NCBI GenBank assembly: GCA_016933115.1
Contig: JAFGBL010000090.1
Coordinates: forward strand, 1,277 to 65,276
DNA: 64,000 bases
Source of the DNA: Bacteroidales bacterium
GTDB lineage: Bacteria > Bacteroidota > Bacteroidia > Bacteroidales > JAADJA01
Reading direction: 5' to 3'
Shown: positions 46,101-54,653 of the stretch, in pieces
Layout: the number at the start of each line of letters is the position of its first letter
Numbering within the stretch: position 1 is the stretch's first letter
Translations under genes and position numbers: made by a program
The notes under the pieces: generated by a model
The model's input: the letters and a program-made list of their open reading frames with translations, nothing else
Told to the model about the DNA's origin: nothing
Database searches by the model: none

Positions 46101-47185
46101 TGTCGCATGAGATCAGGACACCAATGAATGCCATCATTGGTTTTTCAGAGATTTTGTCCGACCAGGAGCTCACCAAAAAGGAACGGGAAGAATTTATCAA
46201 CTACATCACCCAGGGTAGTAATACACTGATGAACCTGATCGAAGATATCATCGATATTACCAAAATAGAAGCCGGTCAGATCAAGATCAATTTCGCTGAG
46301 ATCGACGTAGACAAACTGATGGACGAACTATACGCCACATTCCTGAAGATGAAGAATAAAAACGGGCAGAAGAATGTGGAACTTCATTTGAATAAACCTG
46401 GGGTTGAAGAAGGATTCAAAATTTCAACCGATCCGAGCCGTATCAGGCAAATCCTTTCCAACCTCATAGGAAATGCATTGAAATTTACGGATGAAGGCTA
46501 TATTGAAATTGGATTTAATCTGGCAGGCGCCAACCAGATTATCTTCTATGTGAAAGATACAGGTATCGGGATTCCGGATGATAAACTGGACCTCATCTTC
46601 GAACGCTTCGGACAGGTTGAAGACGCCAAAAAGACCGACAGGAAAGGTACCGGGCTGGGGTTATCCATTTCCAAAAAACTTGCCGGGTTGCTGGGAGGTG
46701 ATTTAACCGTTGAATCGGAATTGCATAAGGGATCAATATTCTACCTGACTTTGCCGATCAATAAGGATTTGGTAATTGATACCCCTCCTGTAAAGCAACC
46801 CAGGCCTGAATTGAAAGACTGGAGTGATAAGTTGTTCCTGATCGCAGAAGACTCTATCCTGAATTATACTTACCTCGAAGCTTTATTCCAGAAGACAAAA
46901 GTGAAGCTTTTGTGGGCTAAAGACGGTCAGGAAGCCATTGAAATGTGCCGGAAAAACAAGGAAATCGACCTGGTATTGATGGACATCAAAATGCCCATCA
47001 TCAACGGACTTCAAGCCATAAGCGAAATTAAAAAATTCAGAAAAAACCTACCCATTATTGTTCAAACAGCTTACGCCATGCCTGAAGACCGGGAAAAGAG
47101 CCTGGATGCCGGCGGTGATGAACACCTCACAAAACCCATCAATGCAGAAGAATTGTTTAATACCATACACAAATTCCTCAAATAA
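43124..47185 (+). CDS. Hybrid sensor histidine kinase/response regulator with multiple PAS domains
   Basis: The H-box is FLANMSHEIRTPMNAIIGF, the N-box NLIGNALKFT, G1 DTGIGI and G2 GTGLGLSI. The C-terminal receiver has DLVLMDIKMP and LTKPI. There are at least four PAS-like repeats, several followed by the DIT(D/E)RK linker. The first ATG is at 43124, while the track starts at GTG 43091. Confidence 0.9.
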   Translation: MSMQDFEDKRLEDRRMEEDHNKLESGQNAGRPDKKLLLGTVQFYEDILLSLYKSLIVVYNSDGKHIEVWGDANLKKILGIQTGELKGKLLEDILPELQAAEFKNYIKKVFDNNQSEIFNINLDFPKGSFWLEVSLSPLSDSNGKTSAVVGYLRDITDTVQHEKDLITSKEKYQNLVNLAPDGILTVNLKGIVTSVNTTLLNISGFQEEDLTGKKLNRLPIFGPQNMPQVSAIIETINSRQHPGNFEFEWTNNLGEKICTEVHSSPIKKNERLSGFQFTLTDITEKKNIVRDLLKSKQAYKVIIENAHEAIYVIQNDQIRFCNSKLLELVKHSMDELLNINFYGFIHPDEMEYLRAEVNEHLTGKVKQKKYVFRVLDKNSETRWLENTAVLIDWENKPALLAFANDITDFKVSEEKERKHLTSLEFISQKAMEFVELNADYNVYKFLGEKIKEIIGESIILLVSYDKPSDQTKIEHIEGQGEFCDNLLKILTVSQDQVNVKINHELLRNLSYGKLIKYNDGLFEKGYSIFLNNTYKRIQSKLEVGGIFLIGLTWENTVYGNAMIFLPKGKQLENPEAIETVVKLGSIALQRKKAEDALRHSEEKYRRIFESYQDVYFKTDIDGLITEISPSVGKIGGYERNDIQGRFIQEFFVEKSITKSLGKILLKNESIIDQDIKLIKKNGSLIDASLNARLLRDQNGNPTGSEGVIRDISERKKAETDFQKSEEKFRTLANFTYDWEYWVAPDHKIIYMSPSCLRSSGYSADEFTNDPDLLIRITHPDDRETFKKHLQDEVTFDEPLKFDYRIITKTGETKWLNHNCQKVYGVDGRYLGRRASNRDITDRKAAEEQLRNSEERFRTLFFESPDAVFVEDYEGNILDVNPAACKLHKMEKNELVGKNILDIVPSSHVDKVAEEFPKWITGEIVNHRGYSKASDGECFPVEIRASKINYSDKKALLFIVRDITLIQETEDKLKEAVAKAEEADMLKSVFLANMSHEIRTPMNAIIGFSEILSDQELTKKEREEFINYITQGSNTLMNLIEDIIDITKIEAGQIKINFAEIDVDKLMDELYATFLKMKNKNGQKNVELHLNKPGVEEGFKISTDPSRIRQILSNLIGNALKFTDEGYIEIGFNLAGANQIIFYVKDTGIGIPDDKLDLIFERFGQVEDAKKTDRKGTGLGLSISKKLAGLLGGDLTVESELHKGSIFYLTLPINKDLVIDTPPVKQPRPELKDWSDKLFLIAEDSILNYTYLEALFQKTKVKLLWAKDGQEAIEMCRKNKEIDLVLMDIKMPIINGLQAISEIKKFRKNLPIIVQTAYAMPEDREKSLDAGGDEHLTKPINAEELFNTIHKFLK

Positions 47186-47275
47186 TTAAGCATTACTTAC
47201 TCTTCTTAAGCGAATATTCTTTAATTTCGTCATCAATAGTTTATCCTGCGTATTTTTTAATGCAAATTCCTGGCA

Positions 47276-49840
47276 ATGAAATTAAAATCTTCTATTACAG
47301 CTATTTTTCTTTTCCTGATCCTCTTTGTAGTGATTTTGCCTACCTACAAAAAACCTGAAATCAATCGGCAAAAGGAACAATACCCAAATGACTGGTTTTT
47401 TATGCAACGGGCTTTTCCTGTCGGTAAAATCAACCAACAGATTTATATGGAATCGTGCAAAAAAATGCAACTAATGAAATTGGAGAAAAAAGCTGGTTCG
47501 ATACAGTCGGTGTGGGAATTTGCAGGCCCAACAAATATTGGTGGCAGGATCACCGATGTGGAAATGTTGGCAGGGGACCTTGAAACAATGTTCATTGGTG
47601 CTGCTTCGGGTGGTATTTTCAAATCGGATGATGCAGGAAATTCGTGGATACCCATTTTCGATGATGTACCCAGTTTAACCATCGGGGATATGGGTATTGC
47701 CCCCTCGAACAATGAAATCATTTACGTAGGAACCGGGGAAGCCAATGCAGGAGGCGGTTCACAGTCATATGATGGAATGGGCATTTTTAAATCTTTGGAT
47801 GGTGGTGAAACCTGGGAGTATGCAGGTTTAGAGGAAGGCCGTAATGTTGGACGATTAGTAATTCATCCCGATGATCCGGATGTTGTATATGTTGCAGCTA
47901 TGGGAAACCTGTTTGCCGATAACCCTGATCGGGGGGTTTTTAAGACCTTAGACGGAGGACAATCCTGGGAAAAAGTTTTATATGTTTCGGATTCAACCGG
48001 AGCTATTGATATTGTGATGCATCCCGAAAACGCGGATGTACTTTATACTGCCATGTGGGAACGTGTTCGACGACCAAATAGAAGAAGCTATGGAGGATTT
48101 ACCTGTGGTATTTTTAAAACGACCAACGGAGGACAAAACTGGTCGGAGCTGACCAATGGATTACCTTCTCCGGGAGCAGATATCGGCCGCATCGGAATCG
48201 ATATTTCCAAATCAGATCCGCAAACATTGTATACAATTTATGCTGACAAAACCGGATATTTTAAAGGTGTTTACAAAACAACAAATGGTGGCGATAATTG
48301 GTCGCAAACCAATGATGGTTCGCTAAACGGATGTTATCAATCCTATGGTTGGTGGTTTGGAAGAATTCGAATTGATCCTGAAAATCCGAATATTGCTTAT
48401 GTAATCGGATTCGATCTTTACAAAACATCCAGCGGAGGCAGCTCCTGGTCGAATGTATCCTCATATTATGTTCATGTGGATCAGCATGAGTTATTTATCC
48501 ATCCAATGAATAATAATTTCATTGTCCTCGGAAACGATGGGGGATTATATACTTCACAAAACGCTGGAAATTCATGGAACTGGATCAATAATTTGCCCAT
48601 CACACAATTTTATACCTGTGAAATTGACAATCAATACCCAAACAGGTTGTACGGAGGGACGCAAGACAATGGTACCAACCGCACCATGACAGGCTACCTG
48701 GATGACTGGGAAAATATTTACGGAGGCGATGGCTTTTATGTCCTGGTTGATCCGACCGACAACGACTATGTTTATGCCGAATACCAGTACGGAAGTTTTG
48801 CCAGATCTACCAATGGGGGTTATTCATTCAGTTCGGCAACGAATGGGATCAGCAGTTCCGACCGAAAAAACTGGAATACACCGGTGGTTTTCGATCCCAT
48901 CAATCCCGAAATTCTCTATTATGGAGCCAACCGGCTCTACCGGTCCACAAACAGGGCTGTCAGTTGGTCGGTAATTAGCAATGACCTGTCCAATGGGCCG
49001 GGAGTTAACCTGACTTACGGAACAATTTCAACCATTGCCGTATCGCCGGTAAATCCTATGATCATTTATGCCGGAACCGATGATGGCAATGTTTGGGTAA
49101 GCAATAATGATGGAAGCAATTGGGAAATTATTTCCGGCAGTTTACCGGAAAGGTGGGTTACCCGTGTCGCCGCTGATCCAACAGAAGAAAATACTGCTTA
49201 TGTTACATTTTCAGGATACCGCTGGGATGAATATTTACCCCACATTTTTAAAACTACCGATTTGGGTGCAAACTGGTCGGATATTTCGGGAAACCTCCCG
49301 GAAGTGCCTATAAACAGCATAATTGTCGACCCTGTAAACAATCAAACTTTATATGTTGCTACGGATGCAGGGGTTTATGTCACATACAATACAGGCCAGG
49401 AATGGGAATTGATGGGAACCAACCTGCCGATTGTACCTGTCAATGACCTCAAGCTGCACAATGAAACCCGAAAACTGGTGGCCGCCACTTTCGGAAGGTC
49501 TATGTATTCATATGATCTGTACCAGGATACTTTGACAACTTCGATCGCCGATAATTTATTCATGAACAAAAATTTATTGCTGACGCTTTTTCCAAATCCT
49601 TTTACCGATGAATTGAAAATCCGGGTAGAAAGTTCTACAGACCAGGATATCAATATTGTAGTGAGTGATTTAAACGGCAGACGGATTGATCAAATATACA
49701 GTGGCACCATCAGAGAGGGTGAAAAAGTTTTAACCTGGCATCCAAAGGATTTACCCCAACTGAAAAAGGGTATTTACATGATTCAAATTCACTCCGGGAA
49801 TTATTTATCAACCAGTAAGATAATTTACAATCCTGATTAG
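47276..49840 (+). CDS. T9SS-secreted BNR/sortilin-type (GH74-like) repeat protein
   Basis: About a dozen S/T-x-D/N-x-G-x-(S/T)-W repeats are present, including SDDAGNSW, SLDGGETW, TLDGGQSW, TTNGGQNW, TTNGGDNW, SNNDGSNW and TTDLGANW. The C-terminus LFPNPFTDELKIRV...GIYMIQIHSGNYLSTSKIIYNPD is a T9SS CTD. Confidence 0.8.
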   Translation: MKLKSSITAIFLFLILFVVILPTYKKPEINRQKEQYPNDWFFMQRAFPVGKINQQIYMESCKKMQLMKLEKKAGSIQSVWEFAGPTNIGGRITDVEMLAGDLETMFIGAASGGIFKSDDAGNSWIPIFDDVPSLTIGDMGIAPSNNEIIYVGTGEANAGGGSQSYDGMGIFKSLDGGETWEYAGLEEGRNVGRLVIHPDDPDVVYVAAMGNLFADNPDRGVFKTLDGGQSWEKVLYVSDSTGAIDIVMHPENADVLYTAMWERVRRPNRRSYGGFTCGIFKTTNGGQNWSELTNGLPSPGADIGRIGIDISKSDPQTLYTIYADKTGYFKGVYKTTNGGDNWSQTNDGSLNGCYQSYGWWFGRIRIDPENPNIAYVIGFDLYKTSSGGSSWSNVSSYYVHVDQHELFIHPMNNNFIVLGNDGGLYTSQNAGNSWNWINNLPITQFYTCEIDNQYPNRLYGGTQDNGTNRTMTGYLDDWENIYGGDGFYVLVDPTDNDYVYAEYQYGSFARSTNGGYSFSSATNGISSSDRKNWNTPVVFDPINPEILYYGANRLYRSTNRAVSWSVISNDLSNGPGVNLTYGTISTIAVSPVNPMIIYAGTDDGNVWVSNNDGSNWEIISGSLPERWVTRVAADPTEENTAYVTFSGYRWDEYLPHIFKTTDLGANWSDISGNLPEVPINSIIVDPVNNQTLYVATDAGVYVTYNTGQEWELMGTNLPIVPVNDLKLHNETRKLVAATFGRSMYSYDLYQDTLTTSIADNLFMNKNLLLTLFPNPFTDELKIRVESSTDQDINIVVSDLNGRRIDQIYSGTIREGEKVLTWHPKDLPQLKKGIYMIQIHSGNYLSTSKIIYNPD

Positions 49841-50151
49841 GTCATAAATTTGTTTACGGGTTTAAGCTCTTGAGTATGCCCCTCCTTTTCACAAAAAGGG
49901 CAATGCGGGTATGACTCTGAAAATATGTAGCCGCAACGTTCGCATTTATAGTTTTGTTCAGTATATGGTTTCATTTTTAGCTCATGCGAACTCAGCAATA
50001 AAGCCAATCCCAATACCGGAGTTAAAAACAAGCTGATCCAAAATAACCTCCTGGGGCCTATTTCACGGTTCTTTGCCAGCCTTGAAAAAAGATAGACAAC
50101 CAAAATATATAAAATGATCGCCGTAATAAGAAATATATATTTTTCCTCCAT
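49837..50151 (-). CDS. Small membrane protein with a C-terminal zinc-ribbon
   Basis: Two N-terminal TM helices are followed by CERCGYIFSESYPHCPFC (CxxC-N11-CxxC). Its stop overlaps the convergent upstream gene by 4 nt. Confidence 0.55.
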   Translation of the reverse strand: MEEKYIFLITAIILYILVVYLFSRLAKNREIGPRRLFWISLFLTPVLGLALLLSSHELKMKPYTEQNYKCERCGYIFSESYPHCPFCEKEGHTQELKPVNKFMT

Positions 50152-50244
50152 TGAAGCCGTTTCTACAACAAAAAACTCAAGTCATGTTGCAAATGTATTA
50201 ATTTCAACTTCATTGTAAAGAAAAAACTGATCCTAAGATATATA

Positions 50245-51369
50245 TTAAACGAATATATCTGCAGCAATCCCATCGGCAAAAAGTTTTCCTGACCTCGAAA
50301 GTTTGTAAATGTTTCCTTCATTTACGATTGTTCCCTGCTGCAGGTGAATGGCTAATTGTTGTTGAAAATGATCCAAATATTTTGTTCCGAATTCTTCCCT
50401 GATAGAATTTACATCAATACCCCACATGGTTCTCAAAGAGGTTAAAATGTATTCATTGAATTTTTGCTCCACAGTTAATGCTTCTACCTCAAATTCCGGG
50501 TTACCGTCATTGACGGACTGTATATACCTTCCGACGTTCGAAACATTCCATTGGCGGGAATTTCCATTAAAAGAATGAGCGGAAGGTCCCAGCCCCAGGT
50601 ATTTCTCTCCGGTCCAGTATGATTTATTATGTTTTGAAAAAAAAGGTTCACGGCAAAAATTAGATATTTCATACTGTAAAAATCCTATCATCGATATTTT
50701 CTCAATCAAAATATTGTATTGATCAACGATTTTTTGATCCAATACTGGTTTAACCCTCCCCTTTTTAATGAAATTATCGAGCGGTGTTTTAGGTTCTACC
50801 GTTAAGGCATAAGCCGACAGATGCGGAAGGCCAAATGAAATGAATTTCTCCAGGTTGCCAATCCAATTTTTATCGGTCAAAGTTGGAATACCATAAATCA
50901 GATCCATGCTGATGTTTTCAAATCCTGCTTCCAGTGCCAGTTGAATCGACTTGATTGACTGCTTTTCATCATGAACCCGGTGGAGGTATTCAAGGTCCTG
51001 TTTGAAAAATGACTGAACCCCAATGCTCAGCCTGTTTACCGGTGAATTTTTAAGCTCTGAAATTGTAACCCCATTTAAGTCATCCGGGTTGGCTTCCAAT
51101 GTAATCTCAGCATCAGCATTCACATCAAATGACTCATTGATTTTATCAATTATCCTGTTGATTTCTTCAGCGGATAACAGGGATGGCGTTCCTCCGCCAA
51201 AATAGATTGTTTTTACCGGTTCCTCTTGTAAATATTCCTTTCGAAGTAAAATTTCCCGGATCAAAGATTCGACAAATTCGAACCGGTATTTTTGCGATGC
51301 GATCGAAAAAAAATTACAGTAGAAGCATTTTTGTCTGCAAAAGGGAATATGCAGGTAAATTCCGGCCAA
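50245..51369 (-). CDS. hemW: Radical SAM heme chaperone HemW (HemN-like, oxygen-independent coproporphyrinogen oxidase family)
   Basis: The N-terminus reads GIYLHIPFCRQKCFYCNF (CxxxCxxC radical SAM motif). The YFGGGTPS and RLSIGVQSF motifs are present. Length is 374 aa. Confidence 0.88.
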   Translation of the reverse strand: MAGIYLHIPFCRQKCFYCNFFSIASQKYRFEFVESLIREILLRKEYLQEEPVKTIYFGGGTPSLLSAEEINRIIDKINESFDVNADAEITLEANPDDLNGVTISELKNSPVNRLSIGVQSFFKQDLEYLHRVHDEKQSIKSIQLALEAGFENISMDLIYGIPTLTDKNWIGNLEKFISFGLPHLSAYALTVEPKTPLDNFIKKGRVKPVLDQKIVDQYNILIEKISMIGFLQYEISNFCREPFFSKHNKSYWTGEKYLGLGPSAHSFNGNSRQWNVSNVGRYIQSVNDGNPEFEVEALTVEQKFNEYILTSLRTMWGIDVNSIREEFGTKYLDHFQQQLAIHLQQGTIVNEGNIYKLSRSGKLFADGIAADIFV

Positions 51370-51395
51370 AATCTGAAATCCTCAATATTTAAATG

Positions 51396-51914
51396 TTAAT
51401 TCTTTTGAACGATCTCCCTTCTTCGGAAAATCATAAAAATGTAGCCACTGAATACCAGCGTTGTGATTACCTGGATGTATATTGGAGTTGCAAGCAGGCC
51501 CGTGTCCAGTATCAACAGGCTGATCAGGATGAATTTTAAAAGATAATACAAAACCTTGCTTAAAATAATACTGCCTATCATCGCAACAAACTGATTCCTG
51601 ACTTTTTGGGTCAAATAATAAAATAGCCAAACATTAAATAGAAGCTCTACGGTCATGATCATGGCCTTGAAAATATTGGGATGGGCTGAGACTACAAACG
51701 AAAATAAGGGCAATGTCAGTGCCAGCAAATACGCATTTCGTTTGTTGGTATGAGCTATGGCTAAAATCAACATGATCCTCATCGGTTCAACAAGGTATAG
51801 CGGAATGCTCAATAAATGGGAAAAAGTCGGTATTAAATAAATGAATGACAGGGCAAAAATGTCGATTACAATACTTCTGACATTCATTCGCTGTGTTGCA
51901 ATGCTCAGGTTCAT
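51396..51914 (-). CDS. Hypothetical integral membrane protein (about 5 TM)
   Basis: The 172-aa protein is hydrophobic throughout. I recognised no family. Confidence 0.5.
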   Translation of the reverse strand: MNLSIATQRMNVRSIVIDIFALSFIYLIPTFSHLLSIPLYLVEPMRIMLILAIAHTNKRNAYLLALTLPLFSFVVSAHPNIFKAMIMTVELLFNVWLFYYLTQKVRNQFVAMIGSIILSKVLYYLLKFILISLLILDTGLLATPIYIQVITTLVFSGYIFMIFRRREIVQKN

Positions 51915-51940
51915 ATTTATATTTTGTTAAATGATCCCTA

Positions 51941-51948
51941 CAAAAATA
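51941..51948 (-). promoter_or_regulatory. Candidate -7 promoter box (TATTTTTG on the minus strand) for the 172-aa membrane protein/hemW unit
   Basis: Exact TAnnTTTG match, 27 nt upstream of the ATG at 51914. Confidence 0.45.
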
Positions 51949-52001
51949 AAATAATTCCTGCATAAGTTGTATTTTTATCGATTGAATAAAAAAACTCTTA
52001 A

Positions 52002-52925
52002 ATGAAACGCAGGGCTTTTATCAAAACAAGTGTGGGGGCAGGTGTTGCTGCAAGTGCTGCCATTGCCTTCGGTAATTTGAACCGTTTGTTTGCAGGTCCA
52101 CTTGGCCCGCCTGAAATTCCCTACAACATGGTAGCAGTTCGCAACGGCGAACCTGACATCATGTTCGACAAGGCCATTGAATCCCTGGGCGGGATGAAAA
52201 CCTTTGTAAAACAGGGGCAAAAGGTAGTTGTAAAACCGAACATAGGTTGGGATGTCGTCCCTGAAAGGGCAGGAAATACGAATCCACAACTGATCAAACG
52301 GATCATAGAACATTGTTTTGGTGCAGGTGCGAAAGAAGTGTATGTTTTTGATAACACCTGCGACGACTGGAATAAATGTTACAAAACAAGCGGGATCGAA
52401 GATATAGCAAAAGAAGCAGGTGCGAAGGTAGTTCCGGGTAATTCCGAAAGCTATTACCATGAAGTGGAGATACCCAAAGGTGTCAGGCTTAAAAATGCAA
52501 AAGTGCATGAGCTGATCCTGGAATCGGATGTGTTCATTAATGTACCTGTTTTGAAGCACCACAGTTCGGCCGATTTATCCATTGCCATGAAAAACCTGAT
52601 GGGCGTGGTTTGGGACCGGATGTACTGGCACCGAAACGACCTTCATCAATGCATTGCCGATTATTCGACCTATCGTCAGCCCGACCTGAATGTGATCGAT
52701 GCCTACCGGGTGATGATGAAAAACGGTCCGCGCGGTGTTTCATTGAACGATGTAGTAACTTATAAAACCCAGATATTATCTACCGATATTGTTGCTGCCG
52801 ATGCAGCAGCTGCCAAGGTTTTCGGCTCCGAACCCGAAGATATCAATTATATTGTTCAGGCTGCAGCCCTGGGTGCAGGTACTTACGATCTCGAAAAACT
52901 CAACATCAACAGGATTAAGCTATAA
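52002..52925 (+). CDS. DUF362-family protein with a twin-arginine (Tat) signal peptide
   Basis: The N-terminus is MKRRAFIKTSVGAGVAASAAIAFG (RRxFIK plus a hydrophobic core). VVVKPNIGW and VPVLKHH are typical of DUF362. Confidence 0.75.
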   Translation: MKRRAFIKTSVGAGVAASAAIAFGNLNRLFAGPLGPPEIPYNMVAVRNGEPDIMFDKAIESLGGMKTFVKQGQKVVVKPNIGWDVVPERAGNTNPQLIKRIIEHCFGAGAKEVYVFDNTCDDWNKCYKTSGIEDIAKEAGAKVVPGNSESYYHEVEIPKGVRLKNAKVHELILESDVFINVPVLKHHSSADLSIAMKNLMGVVWDRMYWHRNDLHQCIADYSTYRQPDLNVIDAYRVMMKNGPRGVSLNDVVTYKTQILSTDIVAADAAAAKVFGSEPEDINYIVQAAALGAGTYDLEKLNINRIKL

Positions 52926-52928
52926 GGA

Positions 52929-54494
52929 ATGGGGTTTAAAATTCTGAAAAGAATAAGGGTAGGTGTTTCACTCTTGTTCTTTCTGCTGATATTTTTTCTT
53001 TTTATCGATTTTACCAACAGTTTTTCGGCTTTCCTGGTCAATTCCATTTTATACCTTCAATTTATTCCATCCCTGATAAAATTTCTGGATCACGCAGCCC
53101 TTGCAGTTGCCGGTTTTGTTTTCATTTTATTGCTCACCTTATTATTTGGAAGGATTTATTGTTCCACCTTTTGCCCTTTGGGAACCTTGCAGGATATCAT
53201 CATTTTTTTATCGAAGAAATTTAAAAAGAGGAAGGTTTTTAAATATGCCGAACCGAAAAACCTGCTTCGGTTTTCCATACTGATTATAGTTGTGGTTACA
53301 TTCCTTGGAGGCAGCATTTTATTAATCAATCTGCTGGATCCTTATAGCGTGTTCGGTAAAATGATTTCCAACCTGGTGAGGCCTGTTTATTATACTGCGA
53401 ATAACCTGGGAGTAGCTGTTTTTGAGCGGTTCGAAATTTATGTCCTGTTTCCTGTCAAGTTGAAAAGCTACAGTTGGCTTACTTTCGGGTTTTCCATATC
53501 GATGTTGGGACTGATCGGTTGGTTGGCTATTTATAAAGGGAGGCTCTATTGCAATACCGTTTGTCCGTTAGGAACATTACTGGGGATCACATCCCGTTTT
53601 TCACTTTTCAAAATCAGACTGGACGAATCGGCCTGCACAAGTTGCGGTATATGCGGGTCCGTATGCAAATCAGGATGCATCAATACCAGGGAAAAATCGG
53701 TGGACTTCAGCCGCTGTGTCGGATGTTTCAATTGTCTGACCGTTTGTGGCAGTGGGGGTGTTGTTTTTCAGCCCAGGGTTTTAAATTCTACTAAACCAGC
53801 TTTAAATGAAACTCCACAGATTAACGATCGCCGGTCTTTTATTAAAAACTCGGCCCTGATCTCGGCAGGTGTACTCCAAATATCCAAACAATCATTTACA
53901 CAGGGACTGAACAACGGCAAAGTCCCGGTTAAAAAGGAATTTCCGGTTACACCGCCCGGGTCAATCAGTATCGCCCAGTTTACCGGCAAATGTACAGCCT
54001 GCCATTTGTGCATCAGCGCCTGCCCTACCCATGTACTTCAGCCATCGTTGCTGCATTACGGTTTAGCCGGCATCATGCAACCGACCATGGATTACAAGGC
54101 GAGTTTCTGCAATTTCGAGTGTACCCTTTGCAGCGAGATTTGCCCGACAGGAGCTATTTTGCCCATCGAACCCGAAAAGAAAAAATTAACGCAATTGGGC
54201 AAGGCTCATTTCATCAAGGAGAATTGCATTGTTTACACCGATGAAAAGGATTGCGGGGCCTGCTCCGAACACTGCCCAACAAAAGCAGTGAATATGGTAT
54301 TCTATAAAGGAACATTAAAAATACCGGAAGTCAATGCTGAAATTTGTGTTGGTTGCGGTGCCTGTGAATACGCCTGCCCCACCACACCGAAATCGATCTA
54401 TGTTGATGGAAATCCGGTGCACCTGATCGCCGAAAAACCCAAAACCGAAGAGGTGATCATTGAAGTGGATACGGAGGAGGATTTCCCGTTTTGA
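52929..54494 (+). CDS. Membrane-bound polyferredoxin: NapH-like N-terminal half fused to a NapG-like multi-[4Fe-4S] C-terminal half
   Basis: The membrane half carries two CxxxCP motifs (CSTFCPLGTL, CNTVCPLGTL) plus CTSCGICGSVC and CVGCFNCLTVC. An internal DRRSFIKNSALISAGV follows. The C-terminal half then has four further Cys clusters (CTACHLCISACP, CNFECTLCSEICP, CGACSEHCP, CVGCGACEYACP). Confidence 0.75.
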   Translation: MGFKILKRIRVGVSLLFFLLIFFLFIDFTNSFSAFLVNSILYLQFIPSLIKFLDHAALAVAGFVFILLLTLLFGRIYCSTFCPLGTLQDIIIFLSKKFKKRKVFKYAEPKNLLRFSILIIVVVTFLGGSILLINLLDPYSVFGKMISNLVRPVYYTANNLGVAVFERFEIYVLFPVKLKSYSWLTFGFSISMLGLIGWLAIYKGRLYCNTVCPLGTLLGITSRFSLFKIRLDESACTSCGICGSVCKSGCINTREKSVDFSRCVGCFNCLTVCGSGGVVFQPRVLNSTKPALNETPQINDRRSFIKNSALISAGVLQISKQSFTQGLNNGKVPVKKEFPVTPPGSISIAQFTGKCTACHLCISACPTHVLQPSLLHYGLAGIMQPTMDYKASFCNFECTLCSEICPTGAILPIEPEKKKLTQLGKAHFIKENCIVYTDEKDCGACSEHCPTKAVNMVFYKGTLKIPEVNAEICVGCGACEYACPTTPKSIYVDGNPVHLIAEKPKTEEVIIEVDTEEDFPF

Positions 54495-54653
54495 AATTCC
54501 TTTAAAGCAGCCTGACTTATGTTTGCCTTATAAATTTTATTATAAAATATTATTAAGTATTTGTCAGGATAAATTCACAACAATCCGACTACAAAAAGCC
54601 ATTAAGAATCCTTGCATTTTTTCCAAAGATACTTAAAAACAGTGAGTCGCAAT

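Noticed and set aside
51975-52562. 195-aa ORF on the minus strand overlapping the start of the DUF362 gene
   Set aside because: It is antisense to a gene with clear hallmarks (Tat signal, DUF362 motifs). The translated sequence has no recognisable features and is Cys/His/Phe/Arg-rich, as is typical of shadow frames.
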